NCBI GenBank assembly: GCA_963746845.1
Contig: CAVVCZ010000006.1
Coordinates: 352,001 to 416,000 of the forward strand
DNA length: 64,000 nt
Direction: 5' to 3'
Origin: an uncultured Chloroflexia bacterium
GTDB taxonomy: Bacteria; Chloroflexota; Limnocylindria; Limnocylindrales; CSP1-4
The notes beneath the pieces were generated by a model. That model was not told the origin of the DNA. It did not search any database and saw only the letters and a list, made by a program, of their open reading frames with translations. Below, one piece after another: positions 39,543 to 48,384 of the stretch. The translations under genes and the position numbers were made by a program. The number at the start of each line of letters is the position of its first letter. Position 1 is the stretch's first letter.

Positions 39543-40439
39543 ATGCCGACCGCCCCGCTCGAGCTCGAGCAGGTCACCCCGAACGTCTTCACGACGACGA
39601 AGCTCCGCGGTTGCAACCCGAGCTTCGTCGTGACCTCGGCCGGGGTCGTCGCGATCGACACGCCGCAGCTGCCGACGAAAGCGGTCGCGATGCGGGCGGC
39701 GGCGGAGCAGCACGGCCCGATCCGCTACCTGATCAACACCGAGAACCACGTCGACCACATCTTCGGCAACTGGTGGTACCGGGGCGCGGGCGAGATCGTG
39801 AACCACCAGGCCCTGTGGGACATCTTCATGGACCCGAAGGCGGCGCTCGACCCGTTCGCCTACGCCCTCGAGGCGATCCCGACGGACGATCCGGAGGGCG
39901 CGGCGCTGCTCCCCGACCGCGACGCCTACTACGCGGACCTGCCGCGCGGCACGGTCGTCTTCACGGGCGACCTGACCCTGCGGGTCGGCGACCACACGAT
40001 GCACTGCCTGTGGACGCCGGGCCATACCCCGGGCCAGCTCGCCGTCCACGTGCCCGAGGAGCGGGCGGTCTTCACCGGGGACACGATCTTCAGCGGCGTG
40101 CAGACGTGGCTGATGACCTCGAACGTGGACCAGTGGCTGGAGGCGCTCGAGCGGATCCGGGCGCTCGACGTGGACTACGTCGTGCCCGGTCATGGGCCGG
40201 TCGTCGGCCTCGACTACGTCCAGACGCAGCGGGCCGTCCTGATGGCCTGGAAGGCCGCCGTCGCCGACGCGGTCTCGAAGGGCTGGTCGCGCGAGGAGAC
40301 GATCGCCCGGGTCCGGTTCGACGACCAGTTCGGCCCGGTCGACGTGGGACAGGCCTACATGATGGACCACATCCAGAACAACAACGCCGGCTCGCTCTGG
40401 GACAAGCTCACCGCCACGGGCTATTCGAAGGGCCGCTGA
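39543..40439 (+). CDS. Metallo-beta-lactamase-fold hydrolase (cyclase-like), atypical motif
   Basis: IDT, INTENHVDH, PGHT, FTGD, VPGHG. Confidence 0.85.
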   Translation: MPTAPLELEQVTPNVFTTTKLRGCNPSFVVTSAGVVAIDTPQLPTKAVAMRAAAEQHGPIRYLINTENHVDHIFGNWWYRGAGEIVNHQALWDIFMDPKAALDPFAYALEAIPTDDPEGAALLPDRDAYYADLPRGTVVFTGDLTLRVGDHTMHCLWTPGHTPGQLAVHVPEERAVFTGDTIFSGVQTWLMTSNVDQWLEALERIRALDVDYVVPGHGPVVGLDYVQTQRAVLMAWKAAVADAVSKGWSREETIARVRFDDQFGPVDVGQAYMMDHIQNNNAGSLWDKLTATGYSKGR

Positions 40440-40450
40440 GCCGGCTCCCT

Positions 40451-41702
40451 TCAGCTGCGCCAGGGCGACGGCAGGTGGGTGATCGGCTCGTGGTCGGGGC
40501 GGACGTCGGGCTGGAGTGAGGGGTCTGCGGCCGCCACGTAGCGCGGGTCCAGGCCGAGCTCCTTCAGGACGATGTTCCGACCCTGGGCGATGCCCGGCGG
40601 CCTTGAAGAACGCGACCGTCCGGTTGAAGCCCTGCCGGCCGAAGCCGCAGTCGCTCGAGAGGATCAGCTTGTCGGCCGGGATCGCCTCGAGCGCGCGGCG
40701 CGCCCGCCCGGCAACCACCGGCGCCAGGTCGGCTTGCAGCTGGCGATGGCTCACGACGCCGACGGCGATCTTCTTCGACAGGTTGTTCGCGTACGGCTTG
40801 AACAGGTCGATCTGGGCCAGCTCGTTCTCGGTCGCCTCGATGGTCCAGACGTCGCCCTTGAGGCGGTTCAGGTAGATGTCGATCGAGTTCTCATAGGACT
40901 CGCCGCTGTAGACCTTCTGCATGTTCGGGTTGCCCCAGCAGGTGTGGATCCACAGCTCGACGTCGTCCAGGCCCTCCACCTCGTGGTTGAACGCCTCGAC
41001 CATGAAGTCGAGCAGCTCGGTCTGCTCCGGGTGGAAGCAGGCGGTGAAGTGGATCGTCGGCTCCTCGATCTGGATGACCCTGGCGCCGGCCGCCGCGAGC
41101 TGGCGCAGCTCGGTGTTCATCGCGGTCGCCATGTCCCAGATCAGCTGCTTCTTGTCGTCGCGGTCGTACTCGGACGTGTGGCTGTCGAGGAAGATCGCGA
41201 GCACTTGCGACGAGCACGTCCCGAACTTCACGGGCTTGCCGGACGCCGCGCGAGCCTGGGCGATCCGCCACAGCTTGGCGTACTCGAGCGGGTTCTTCGG
41301 GTCGTGTTCGACCTTGCCCACGACGCGTGGCCAGCGCCACGTCGTCTCGATCTCGTTCATCAGCGTCCCGGGCAGGAAGTCGAGCAGCCCGTCCCGCGAG
41401 TCCTCGTACTGGAGCTCCTCGTGCTCGAGGCCCTTCCAGCGCTGGAGTGGGTAGTGATGCCAGGATCGGCCGGCGAAGTCCTCGTCGAGGTGGTAGTCGC
41501 CGTTGGTGAGGATGTCCAGGCCGGCGCGTTCCTGGTCGGCGATCACCGTCGCGTGCGCGTCGAGGAATTGCTCGCGGAAGCGGACGTCGAGCAGCGCGGT
41601 GTCGAGCGGGCGGCCCCACAACCCCTGGTCGTACCAGCGCGGCCGGGGCCACGATCCGGTGACGGTCGCCGGGAGCATCAGGTCCCTGGTCGCAGTGAGC
41701 AT
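40451..41702 (-). CDS. Cobalamin-independent methionine synthase II-like protein, with a frameshift near 40594
   Basis: TVTGSWPRP, DILTNGD, IQIEEP, HTCWGN, SDCGFG. Removing one G at GCCGGGCATC restores GIAQGRNIVLKELG...SPWRS-stop. Confidence 0.85.
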
Positions 41703-41750
41703 GCGGGTCCTCCTGTCGATTGCCGGTGCGTCATGGTGAACGGCTCGACC

Positions 41751-43877
41751 TCAAGCGCGGCCGGCCGCCGTTTCGTCCTCGCGGGTTCGGCCGGCGAGCC
41801 GGATCAGATCCTCGTGGAGCTCGAACCAGGCGCCGTGGAAGCTGTCGACGCGGGGTGAGGCGACGAACCGATGGTCGCCCGCACGGGCCCGATCGAGCGC
41901 GGCCGCGAGGCGAAGGCGGTACGGCGCCAAGCGGGGGTTCGCGGCGGCGATGGGCTCGAGCCATCGATCGGCGTCCGCGCCGATCGATGTCAGCCGGTCG
42001 AGGACCTCCGTGTCGTAGGCCGCGTCGGTGTGGTCGTTGACGACCGGTTCCCCGTCGGTCGGGCGGAGCTGCCACGCGGTGACCGCGTCCTTCATCCGGC
42101 GGTCCAGCTCGAGGAAGCCATCGAGCGCGGCGGTGGCCGCCTCCACGCCCCAGGCATCACGGTCGGCTTCCAGGAGCTCCGCGGCGCGGGTGCTCCCCGT
42201 CTCCGTCAGCCGGTAGGCACCCGCCACGGTCGCGGCGAGGCCGTCGACGACGAGCTGGTCGAGGAGGGGCTGGACCGCGTCGCCCGTCGACAGGAGCGCG
42301 TCGGCCAGGGTCGCGGTCGTCGCGAAGCCCTTCGTCGAGAGGCGGCGCACGGCGTCGTCGAGCGTGGCCGGGGCCGCCGAGCCGGGAGTCGCCGCCGCCT
42401 CCGCGGCCTCCTTGGCGCCGATGTCGACTCCGAGGTCGCGCGCCCAGCCGAGGAGTGTCCGCGCCTCCGCCACGACGTCCGTGCGACCCGGGATCACGCC
42501 GGCGAAGACCTCGCCGGACGAGCCGTCGATCGAGATCGTGTCGCCTTCTCGCAGCTCGCGGTCGGCGATCCGGACCACGCCGTCCCCGACGTGAACGCCG
42601 CCCGCGCCGACAACCGCCGGGATCCCCCACCCCCGCGCCACGACGGCGGCGTGGCTCGCGAGGCCGCCCCGCGCCGTGAGGATGCCCGCGGCCCGGGCCA
42701 TCCCGTGCACGTCGTCGGGCGAGGTCTCGGCGCGAACGAGGATGACGTCGACGCCGGTGTCGGCGACCCGCGCGGCCGCTTCCGGCGAGGTCGCGATCAC
42801 GCCGCTGGCGAGACCGGGCGAGGCACCGAGGCCGGTTGCGAGCGGGAGCAGGTAGCTGCTTCTCCCGGTCGAGACCTTCGGCGGATCCACGAGGAAGTGC
42901 GCCACCCGTTCGACCGCCTCCGTTCGCGACAGCGGGAACGACGGGTCCTCGGCCATGTCGACCGCGATCCGGAGGGCCGCCTGCGGGCTGCGCTTGCCGA
43001 CCCGCGTCTGGAGCATCCACAGGCGGCCCCGCTCGACCGTGAACTCGATGTCGCAGAGGTCCGCGAAGTGGCGCTCGAGCCGGTCGGCGGCCGACCGCAA
43101 CTCGGCCGCGGCCGCCGGGATCCGCTCGTCGAGGGCGGCGATCGGCTCGGTCGCGTGCGTGCCCGCGACGACGTCCTCGCCCTGGGCGTCGAACAGGACG
43201 TCGCCGTAGAGGGTCGGTTCGCCGGTCGCGGGGTTGCGCGTGAACCCCACGCCCGTGGCCGAATCGGGACCGCGGTTGCCGAAGACCATCGCCTGGACGG
43301 TGACCGCGGTCCCGAGGTCGTTCGGGATGCCTTCCTTCGCCCGGTACGCCTTCGCGCGATCGCTGTTCCAGGAGCGGAAGACGGCCTCGACTGCGAGGCG
43401 GAGCTGCGCCCACGGGTCCTCGGGCGGCTCGGCGCCGACGATGTCGCGGAACATCGCGACGAAGCGGCGCCGGCAGTCCTCGGCGAATGCGGCGTCGCCG
43501 GTGACGGCGGCCAGCCCGGCCGTGGTGGCCTCGTTCAGGCCGAGATCCAGGATGGTGTCCATCATCCCCGGCATCGAGACGGGCGCCCCGGACCGGACGC
43601 TGACGAGGAGCGGATCGGCGGCGTTGCCGAACCAACGCCCGACCGCCGACTCGACCTCGGCCATCCGCCCCCGGAGCTCGTCGTCGAGGCCGTCGGGCCA
43701 GCCGTCGGCGAGGAACGTCCGGCAGGCCTCGGTCGTGATGACGAGGCCGGGCGGGACGGGCAGCCGGAGGTCAGGTCCAAGCATCACCCCGAGGTTGGCC
43801 GCCTTCCCGCCGATGAGCGCGAGGACCTCGTCGGGCGGGAGCCCGTGGTCGTGGTCGAGGGGATAGGCCCAGGTCAT
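41751..43877 (-). CDS. Truncated pyruvate,phosphate dikinase-like protein (nucleotide-binding plus phospho-His domains) fused to a C-terminal winged-helix/helical domain
   Basis: GGKAANL, PVPPG, SVRSGAPVSMPGMMDT, VQAMVFGN, QGEDVVAG, DIEFT, LQTR, GGLASHAAVVARG. The pyruvate-binding barrel is absent; the C-terminus ends DSFHGAWFELHEDL. Confidence 0.88.
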   Translation of the reverse strand: MTWAYPLDHDHGLPPDEVLALIGGKAANLGVMLGPDLRLPVPPGLVITTEACRTFLADGWPDGLDDELRGRMAEVESAVGRWFGNAADPLLVSVRSGAPVSMPGMMDTILDLGLNEATTAGLAAVTGDAAFAEDCRRRFVAMFRDIVGAEPPEDPWAQLRLAVEAVFRSWNSDRAKAYRAKEGIPNDLGTAVTVQAMVFGNRGPDSATGVGFTRNPATGEPTLYGDVLFDAQGEDVVAGTHATEPIAALDERIPAAAAELRSAADRLERHFADLCDIEFTVERGRLWMLQTRVGKRSPQAALRIAVDMAEDPSFPLSRTEAVERVAHFLVDPPKVSTGRSSYLLPLATGLGASPGLASGVIATSPEAAARVADTGVDVILVRAETSPDDVHGMARAAGILTARGGLASHAAVVARGWGIPAVVGAGGVHVGDGVVRIADRELREGDTISIDGSSGEVFAGVIPGRTDVVAEARTLLGWARDLGVDIGAKEAAEAAATPGSAAPATLDDAVRRLSTKGFATTATLADALLSTGDAVQPLLDQLVVDGLAATVAGAYRLTETGSTRAAELLEADRDAWGVEAATAALDGFLELDRRMKDAVTAWQLRPTDGEPVVNDHTDAAYDTEVLDRLTSIGADADRWLEPIAAANPRLAPYRLRLAAALDRARAGDHRFVASPRVDSFHGAWFELHEDLIRLAGRTREDETAAGRA

Positions 43878-46132
43878 CGGTCGGCGGCCGCATCCTGGAG
43901 CGCGCGCCAGACCCGCTCGGGGGTCAGGGGCAGGTCGCGGATCACGACGCCGGTCGCGTCGTGGACTGCCGCGGCGACCGCCGGCGACACGGGCAGCAGG
44001 GCGCCCTCGCTCATGCCCTTCGCGCCGTACGGCCCCGGACCGTCCGCGTTCTCGATCGCGTCGCTCTCCATCCGGGCCGGCAGGTCCATCGTCGTCGGGA
44101 TCCGGTAGTCGATCGCCCCGAGGTTCCGGATCCGGCCGCCGTCGTCGAGGATGTAGTGCTCCATCAGCGTGTGGCCGAGGCCCATGATCGCCGCGCCCTC
44201 GTCCTGGCCGCGGACCTGCCCCGGATGGAGCGCCTTCCCGACGTCCGACACCGTGACGTGGCGCGTCACCGCCACGTCGCCGGTCTCGCGATCCACCTCG
44301 ACCTCGACGGCGGTGCAGTTGAACTCGTAGAACGCCGACGTGCCGCCGAGGGGGTGGTCCGGCTCGGCCTCCTTGCGGGACTCGCCGATGCCCATCACCT
44401 CGCCGCCCAGGCGGCCGAGGCCGCGCGCGGCGACATCGCGGATCGGCTCGACGCGGCCGTCCGGCAGCCGGACCTCGCCGCGATCGACGCTCACGCCGGC
44501 CGGATCGATCCCGTCCGCGGCGGCCGCCATCGCCCCGACCTTCGATTGGATGTCGCGACAGGCGGCCAGCACCGCGTTGCCCATCAGGACCGAGGACCGG
44601 CTCGCCGAGGTCTGTTGGTCATAGGGCACGACGGCCGTGTCGCCCATGACGACGGTGACCCAGTCGAGCGGGGCGCCGAGCTCGTCCGCCGCGATCTGGG
44701 CGAAGATCGTCCGGGCGCCCTGGCCCATGTCCGAAGTGCCGGCGTTGACGACGACGCTGCCGTCGACCAGGAGGCGCACGGTCGCGTACGAGAGACCGGT
44801 CGTCGGGCCCGATTTGAGCCCGACGGCGATGCCGCGGCCGCGACCCGGGACCTTCGGCCCGCCCCAGTCGATCAGCTCGGCCGCCCGCCGGACGGCCTGG
44901 GCCCAGTCGCCATCGGCCGGCGTGTCATGGGGGATGAACGCCTCGTCGGGGCGAGCCAGGTTCCGCAGGCGGAGCTCAAGCGGGTCGATGCCCAGCTGCT
45001 CGGCCGCCTCGTTCATGTTCGACTCCACCGCCCAGATCTGCTGCGGATTGCCGAACCCGCGGAACGCCGTCGACGGCACGGTGTGGGAGAGGACGCTCCG
45101 GGCGTGGATCCGGACGCTCGGCACGCGATACGGCCCGTTGGCGGTGTAGCTGCCCTTGGCCACCGTCCGGTCGGCGATGTCGGCGTACGCCCCGATCAGG
45201 TAGTCGGCCTCGATGTCGCGGAAGACGAGCGTCCCGTCGGGGCGGAAGCCGGATCGGACTTGCACGCTCGACGCACCGCGGCGGACGGCCTGGAATGTCT
45301 CCTCGAGGGTCAGGACGAGCCGGACCCGGCGGCCGGTCGCCCGGGCCATGAACGCCAGCAGTGGCTCGTACTTCGCGTGCTGCTTGCCACCGAACGCGCC
45401 GCCCGGATCCGGCGCGATGACCCGGACCTTCGCGAGCGGCAGATGGACCAGCTCGGCGATGACCCGCTGGAGCCAGTACGGGTGCTGGATCGCGCTCCAG
45501 ATCACGAGACCGTCGCCCTCCGGCTCGGCCATGAACGCGTGCGGCTCGATCGCGAACTGGGTGACCATCGGGAAGTCGTACGTCCCCTCGACGACCACGT
45601 CGGCGTCGGCGGCCGCGGCATCGACGTCGCCCCAGCCGTAGTGGTGGTCGTGCAGGATGTTCGTGCCGGCGCACGGGTCCCCCGGCCGGAGCGACGGGTC
45701 CTGGACCAGCGGCGCGTCCGGGGCGAGCGCGGAGGCGATCGTGTGGAGGGCGGGCAGCTCCTCGAACTCGACGCGGACGAGGGCGGCGGCCTCTTCCGCG
45801 GCATCCAGGGTCTCGGCGGCGACCGCGGCGACGGGCTCGCCGTGGTACTTCGTCTCGCCGACCGCGAGGACCGGCCGGTCGCGTCGCTGCGGCCCGAACC
45901 GGGGCATCGGATCGGGCAGGTCGGCGGCGGTCATCACCAGGCGCACGCCGGGCACGGCGAGCGCGGCCGAGGTGTCGATCGCGCCGATCCGGGCCCGCGC
46001 GACGTCGAGCGCGACGAGCTTCACGTGGAGGGCGTCGTCGTGGGGCAGGTCGGCGACGTATCCCTGGGCGCCGGTCACCCGCGCCCGTCCACCCCCACGG
46101 GCAGGCGACGCGCCGACGCCGTCCGCGCTCAC
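43874..46132 (-). CDS. Xanthine dehydrogenase-family molybdopterin-binding subunit
   Basis: YHGEPVAAVAA, IEPH, GGAFGGK, AFRGFG, DMGQG, QTSASRS, YGAKGMSE. Confidence 0.93.
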   Translation of the reverse strand: MSADGVGASPARGGGRARVTGAQGYVADLPHDDALHVKLVALDVARARIGAIDTSAALAVPGVRLVMTAADLPDPMPRFGPQRRDRPVLAVGETKYHGEPVAAVAAETLDAAEEAAALVRVEFEELPALHTIASALAPDAPLVQDPSLRPGDPCAGTNILHDHHYGWGDVDAAAADADVVVEGTYDFPMVTQFAIEPHAFMAEPEGDGLVIWSAIQHPYWLQRVIAELVHLPLAKVRVIAPDPGGAFGGKQHAKYEPLLAFMARATGRRVRLVLTLEETFQAVRRGASSVQVRSGFRPDGTLVFRDIEADYLIGAYADIADRTVAKGSYTANGPYRVPSVRIHARSVLSHTVPSTAFRGFGNPQQIWAVESNMNEAAEQLGIDPLELRLRNLARPDEAFIPHDTPADGDWAQAVRRAAELIDWGGPKVPGRGRGIAVGLKSGPTTGLSYATVRLLVDGSVVVNAGTSDMGQGARTIFAQIAADELGAPLDWVTVVMGDTAVVPYDQQTSASRSSVLMGNAVLAACRDIQSKVGAMAAAADGIDPAGVSVDRGEVRLPDGRVEPIRDVAARGLGRLGGEVMGIGESRKEAEPDHPLGGTSAFYEFNCTAVEVEVDRETGDVAVTRHVTVSDVGKALHPGQVRGQDEGAAIMGLGHTLMEHYILDDGGRIRNLGAIDYRIPTTMDLPARMESDAIENADGPGPYGAKGMSEGALLPVSPAVAAAVHDATGVVIRDLPLTPERVWRALQDAAADR

Positions 46133-46629
46133 CGGGATGCGACCTCCGCGGCGCCGGCGTCCGCGGCGTCGGCCGCGGCCAGCACCGCCTCGATGATCTG
46201 CTCGTAGCCCGCGCAGCGGCAGAGGTTGCCCGCCAGCCCCTCCTCGACCTGCGCGCGGGTCGGGTGTGGCACCTCGGCGAGGAGGGCCTGCCCCGAGACG
46301 AGCTGGCCCGGGATACAGAACCCGCACTGGGCCGCGCTCGTGTCGAGGAACGCCTGTTGGAGCGGGCTGAGGGCTCCGGCCGTCGACAGCCCCTCGACGG
46401 TGATGACGATCGCCCCGTCCATCTCGGCCGCGAGCACCAGACACGAATCCACGCTCTGTCCGTCGACGAGGACCGTGCACGCGCCGCACTCGCCGACGAG
46501 GCAGCACTCCTTCGTGCCCGTCAGGCCGAGGTCGTCACGCAGCGCCTGGAGGAGCGTGTGGTGCGCGAGCACCTCCACGCGACGATGACGGCCGTTGACC
46601 GTTAGCTCGATCGAGAGCGGCTCCGTCAT
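46129..46629 (-). CDS. Molybdenum hydroxylase 2x[2Fe-2S] small subunit (CoxS-like)
   Basis: GTKECCLVGECGACTV, QCGFCIPG, GNLCRCAGY. Confidence 0.95.
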   Translation of the reverse strand: MTEPLSIELTVNGRHRRVEVLAHHTLLQALRDDLGLTGTKECCLVGECGACTVLVDGQSVDSCLVLAAEMDGAIVITVEGLSTAGALSPLQQAFLDTSAAQCGFCIPGQLVSGQALLAEVPHPTRAQVEEGLAGNLCRCAGYEQIIEAVLAAADAADAGAAEVASR

Positions 46630-47489
46630 CGAGCGCTCGCCAGGCGCCCGACGGCGGCCGTCACCCCTCGAAGGCCGAGGACCCGGAGCATCGCCAGCCG
46701 GTACTCGGGGCTCGCCCGCATCGACGTCGGCGACGGGCTGGCGCCCGCGAAGAGCGTCTCGAGCAGGTCCCGCTTCGCGTCGTCCGGCGCGGCCGGATCG
46801 GCGAGCGTTCCGGATTCGTCAGCGACCACCACCGGCCGCGGTCCGACGCTGCCGTAGGCCAGCCGCGTCGTGCCGTCCGGCGCGACCGAGACCGCCAGGG
46901 TCACGGACGCGAGGTCGTGACCGCGTCGCCTCGTCCGCCGGAGGTGGACGGATCCCCGCGGCCCGTCGGCCACGGGAAGCTCGATCGCCTCGACCAGCTC
47001 GCCCGGCTCGAGGGTCGTCCGCCCGGATCGGACGAAGAAGGCGTCCAGCGGGATCCGTCGGCCCCCTCCGGGACCGCGAGCCACGATCCGGGCGTCGTGG
47101 ACGAGCAGCGCAGGCGCCGTATCGGCTGCGGGCGAGGCGTTGCACATGTTGCCGGCGAGGGTTGCCCGGTTCCGGATCTGGACCGAGCCGACGAAGAGCG
47201 CCGCTTCCGCCAGGGCCGGATAGTCGCGCCGGACGCGCGGGTTCGCCAGGATGTCGGTCATCGTCGTCAACGCCCCGAACCGGACATGGCCGTCGACCTC
47301 GCGGATCTCGCCGTCCAGCTCGACGACGCGCTTCACGTCGACGACGACGTCGGGCCGGATCGAGCCATCCCGCAGCCGGATGATCAGGTCGGTGCCGCCG
47401 GCCAGCAGCCGAGCCGCGGGCCCGTGCTCGGCCAGCAACGCCACGACGTCGCGAAGCGCCGTCGGTCGCTCGTACGCGAACGGTCGCAT
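46626..47489 (-). CDS. Molybdenum hydroxylase FAD-binding medium subunit (CoxM-like)
   Basis: MRPFAYERP, LAGGTDL, GSVQIRNRATLAGN, ASPAAD. Confidence 0.93.
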   Translation of the reverse strand: MRPFAYERPTALRDVVALLAEHGPAARLLAGGTDLIIRLRDGSIRPDVVVDVKRVVELDGEIREVDGHVRFGALTTMTDILANPRVRRDYPALAEAALFVGSVQIRNRATLAGNMCNASPAADTAPALLVHDARIVARGPGGGRRIPLDAFFVRSGRTTLEPGELVEAIELPVADGPRGSVHLRRTRRRGHDLASVTLAVSVAPDGTTRLAYGSVGPRPVVVADESGTLADPAAPDDAKRDLLETLFAGASPSPTSMRASPEYRLAMLRVLGLRGVTAAVGRLASAR

Positions 47490-47496
47490 CGGGCGA

Positions 47497-48384
47497 TCAG
47501 AGGACCGCGTCGACCTGATCGAGCAGGACCTGCGGGGTCGCCGCCCGGACGAAGAAGAAGGGCCGGTCCGCGAAGCGCTCCACGAAGGCGGACCGTCGCT
47601 CGCGGAGCACATCCGTGTCGACCAGCGGCATCGGGATCCGCGGCGCGAGGAGCTCGTTCAACAGGAAGTAGTTCTGGAGAGAGTGAAGGGTCTGGAACTG
47701 GCGCTCGAACGGGATCATCTCGGCGAGGCCGGGCTCGAAGTTGCCGTCGATCGCCGGGAGGACGACGACGTCGACCACGCTGGGCTCCTCGTACAGCTCC
47801 CACGACGGCATGTCGCCGAAGAACTTCTGGACGCCGCGCTCCGGGGCCGCCTTGTCGGCCCGTTCGGTGCCCTCGGTCCGCTTCTTCAGGAAGACCGACT
47901 TCGAGCCCATCACGGCCCGCGCATCCTCGTCGATCACCGTCGTCTCGGTCGAGATGAGCGCGGCGCCGCGGCGGCAGGCCTCGATCTGGCCCATCGACTT
48001 GCCATGGTTCGATTCGCCACCGAGGAACAGCACCGTCCGGTCGCGATAGCGCACAGCCGACGAGTGGAATGGATGCAGGCCCAGCTCCTCCATCCGGAGC
48101 GCGAGCATCGTGACGATCACCTTCTGGATCGGGCCGGCGGGCCAGGGGCCGGTGAACGACATCCGCCGACCGTCGTAGGCGATCGACTTCTCGCCGTCCT
48201 GGCGCCAGACGACATCCGGATCCGGCAGGGTCACGTCTGGCGAGATCCGGACGTCGGCGAGCCGGTAGTTGAGGAAGCTGAGGTCGTCGAGGACGTGATC
48301 GCGAGGCTCCGCTCCGTACACGTCCACCCGCAGCCGCGCGGCGCCGGCGGACATCTCCTCGCTGAGCTGCAACGGGTCGTTCAT
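47497..48384 (-). CDS. Hypothetical HPrK/PEPCK-like P-loop protein
   Basis: FHSSAV-x8[12 protein letters not shown] followed by [10 protein letters not shown], which matches the HprK-related kinase layout. Translationally coupled to the upstream gene. Confidence 0.6.
   Translation of the reverse strand: MNDPLQLSEEMSAGAARLRVDVYGAEPRDHVLDDLSFLNYRLADVRISPDVTLPDPDVVWRQDGEKSIAYDGRRMSFTGPWPAGPIQKVIVTMLALRMEELGLHPFHSSAVRYRDRTVLFLGGESNHGKSMGQIEACRRGAALISTETTVIDEDARAVMGSKSVFLKKRTEGTERADKAAPERGVQKFFGDMPSWELYEEPSVVDVVVLPAIDGNFEPGLAEMIPFERQFQTLHSLQNYFLLNELLAPRIPMPLVDTDVLRERRSAFVERFADRPFFFVRAATPQVLLDQVDAVL

Noticed and set aside
39501-41702. 733-aa MetE-like ORF running antisense through the MBL gene
   Set aside because: The extension results from the frameshift near 40594; the repaired frame stops at 40451.
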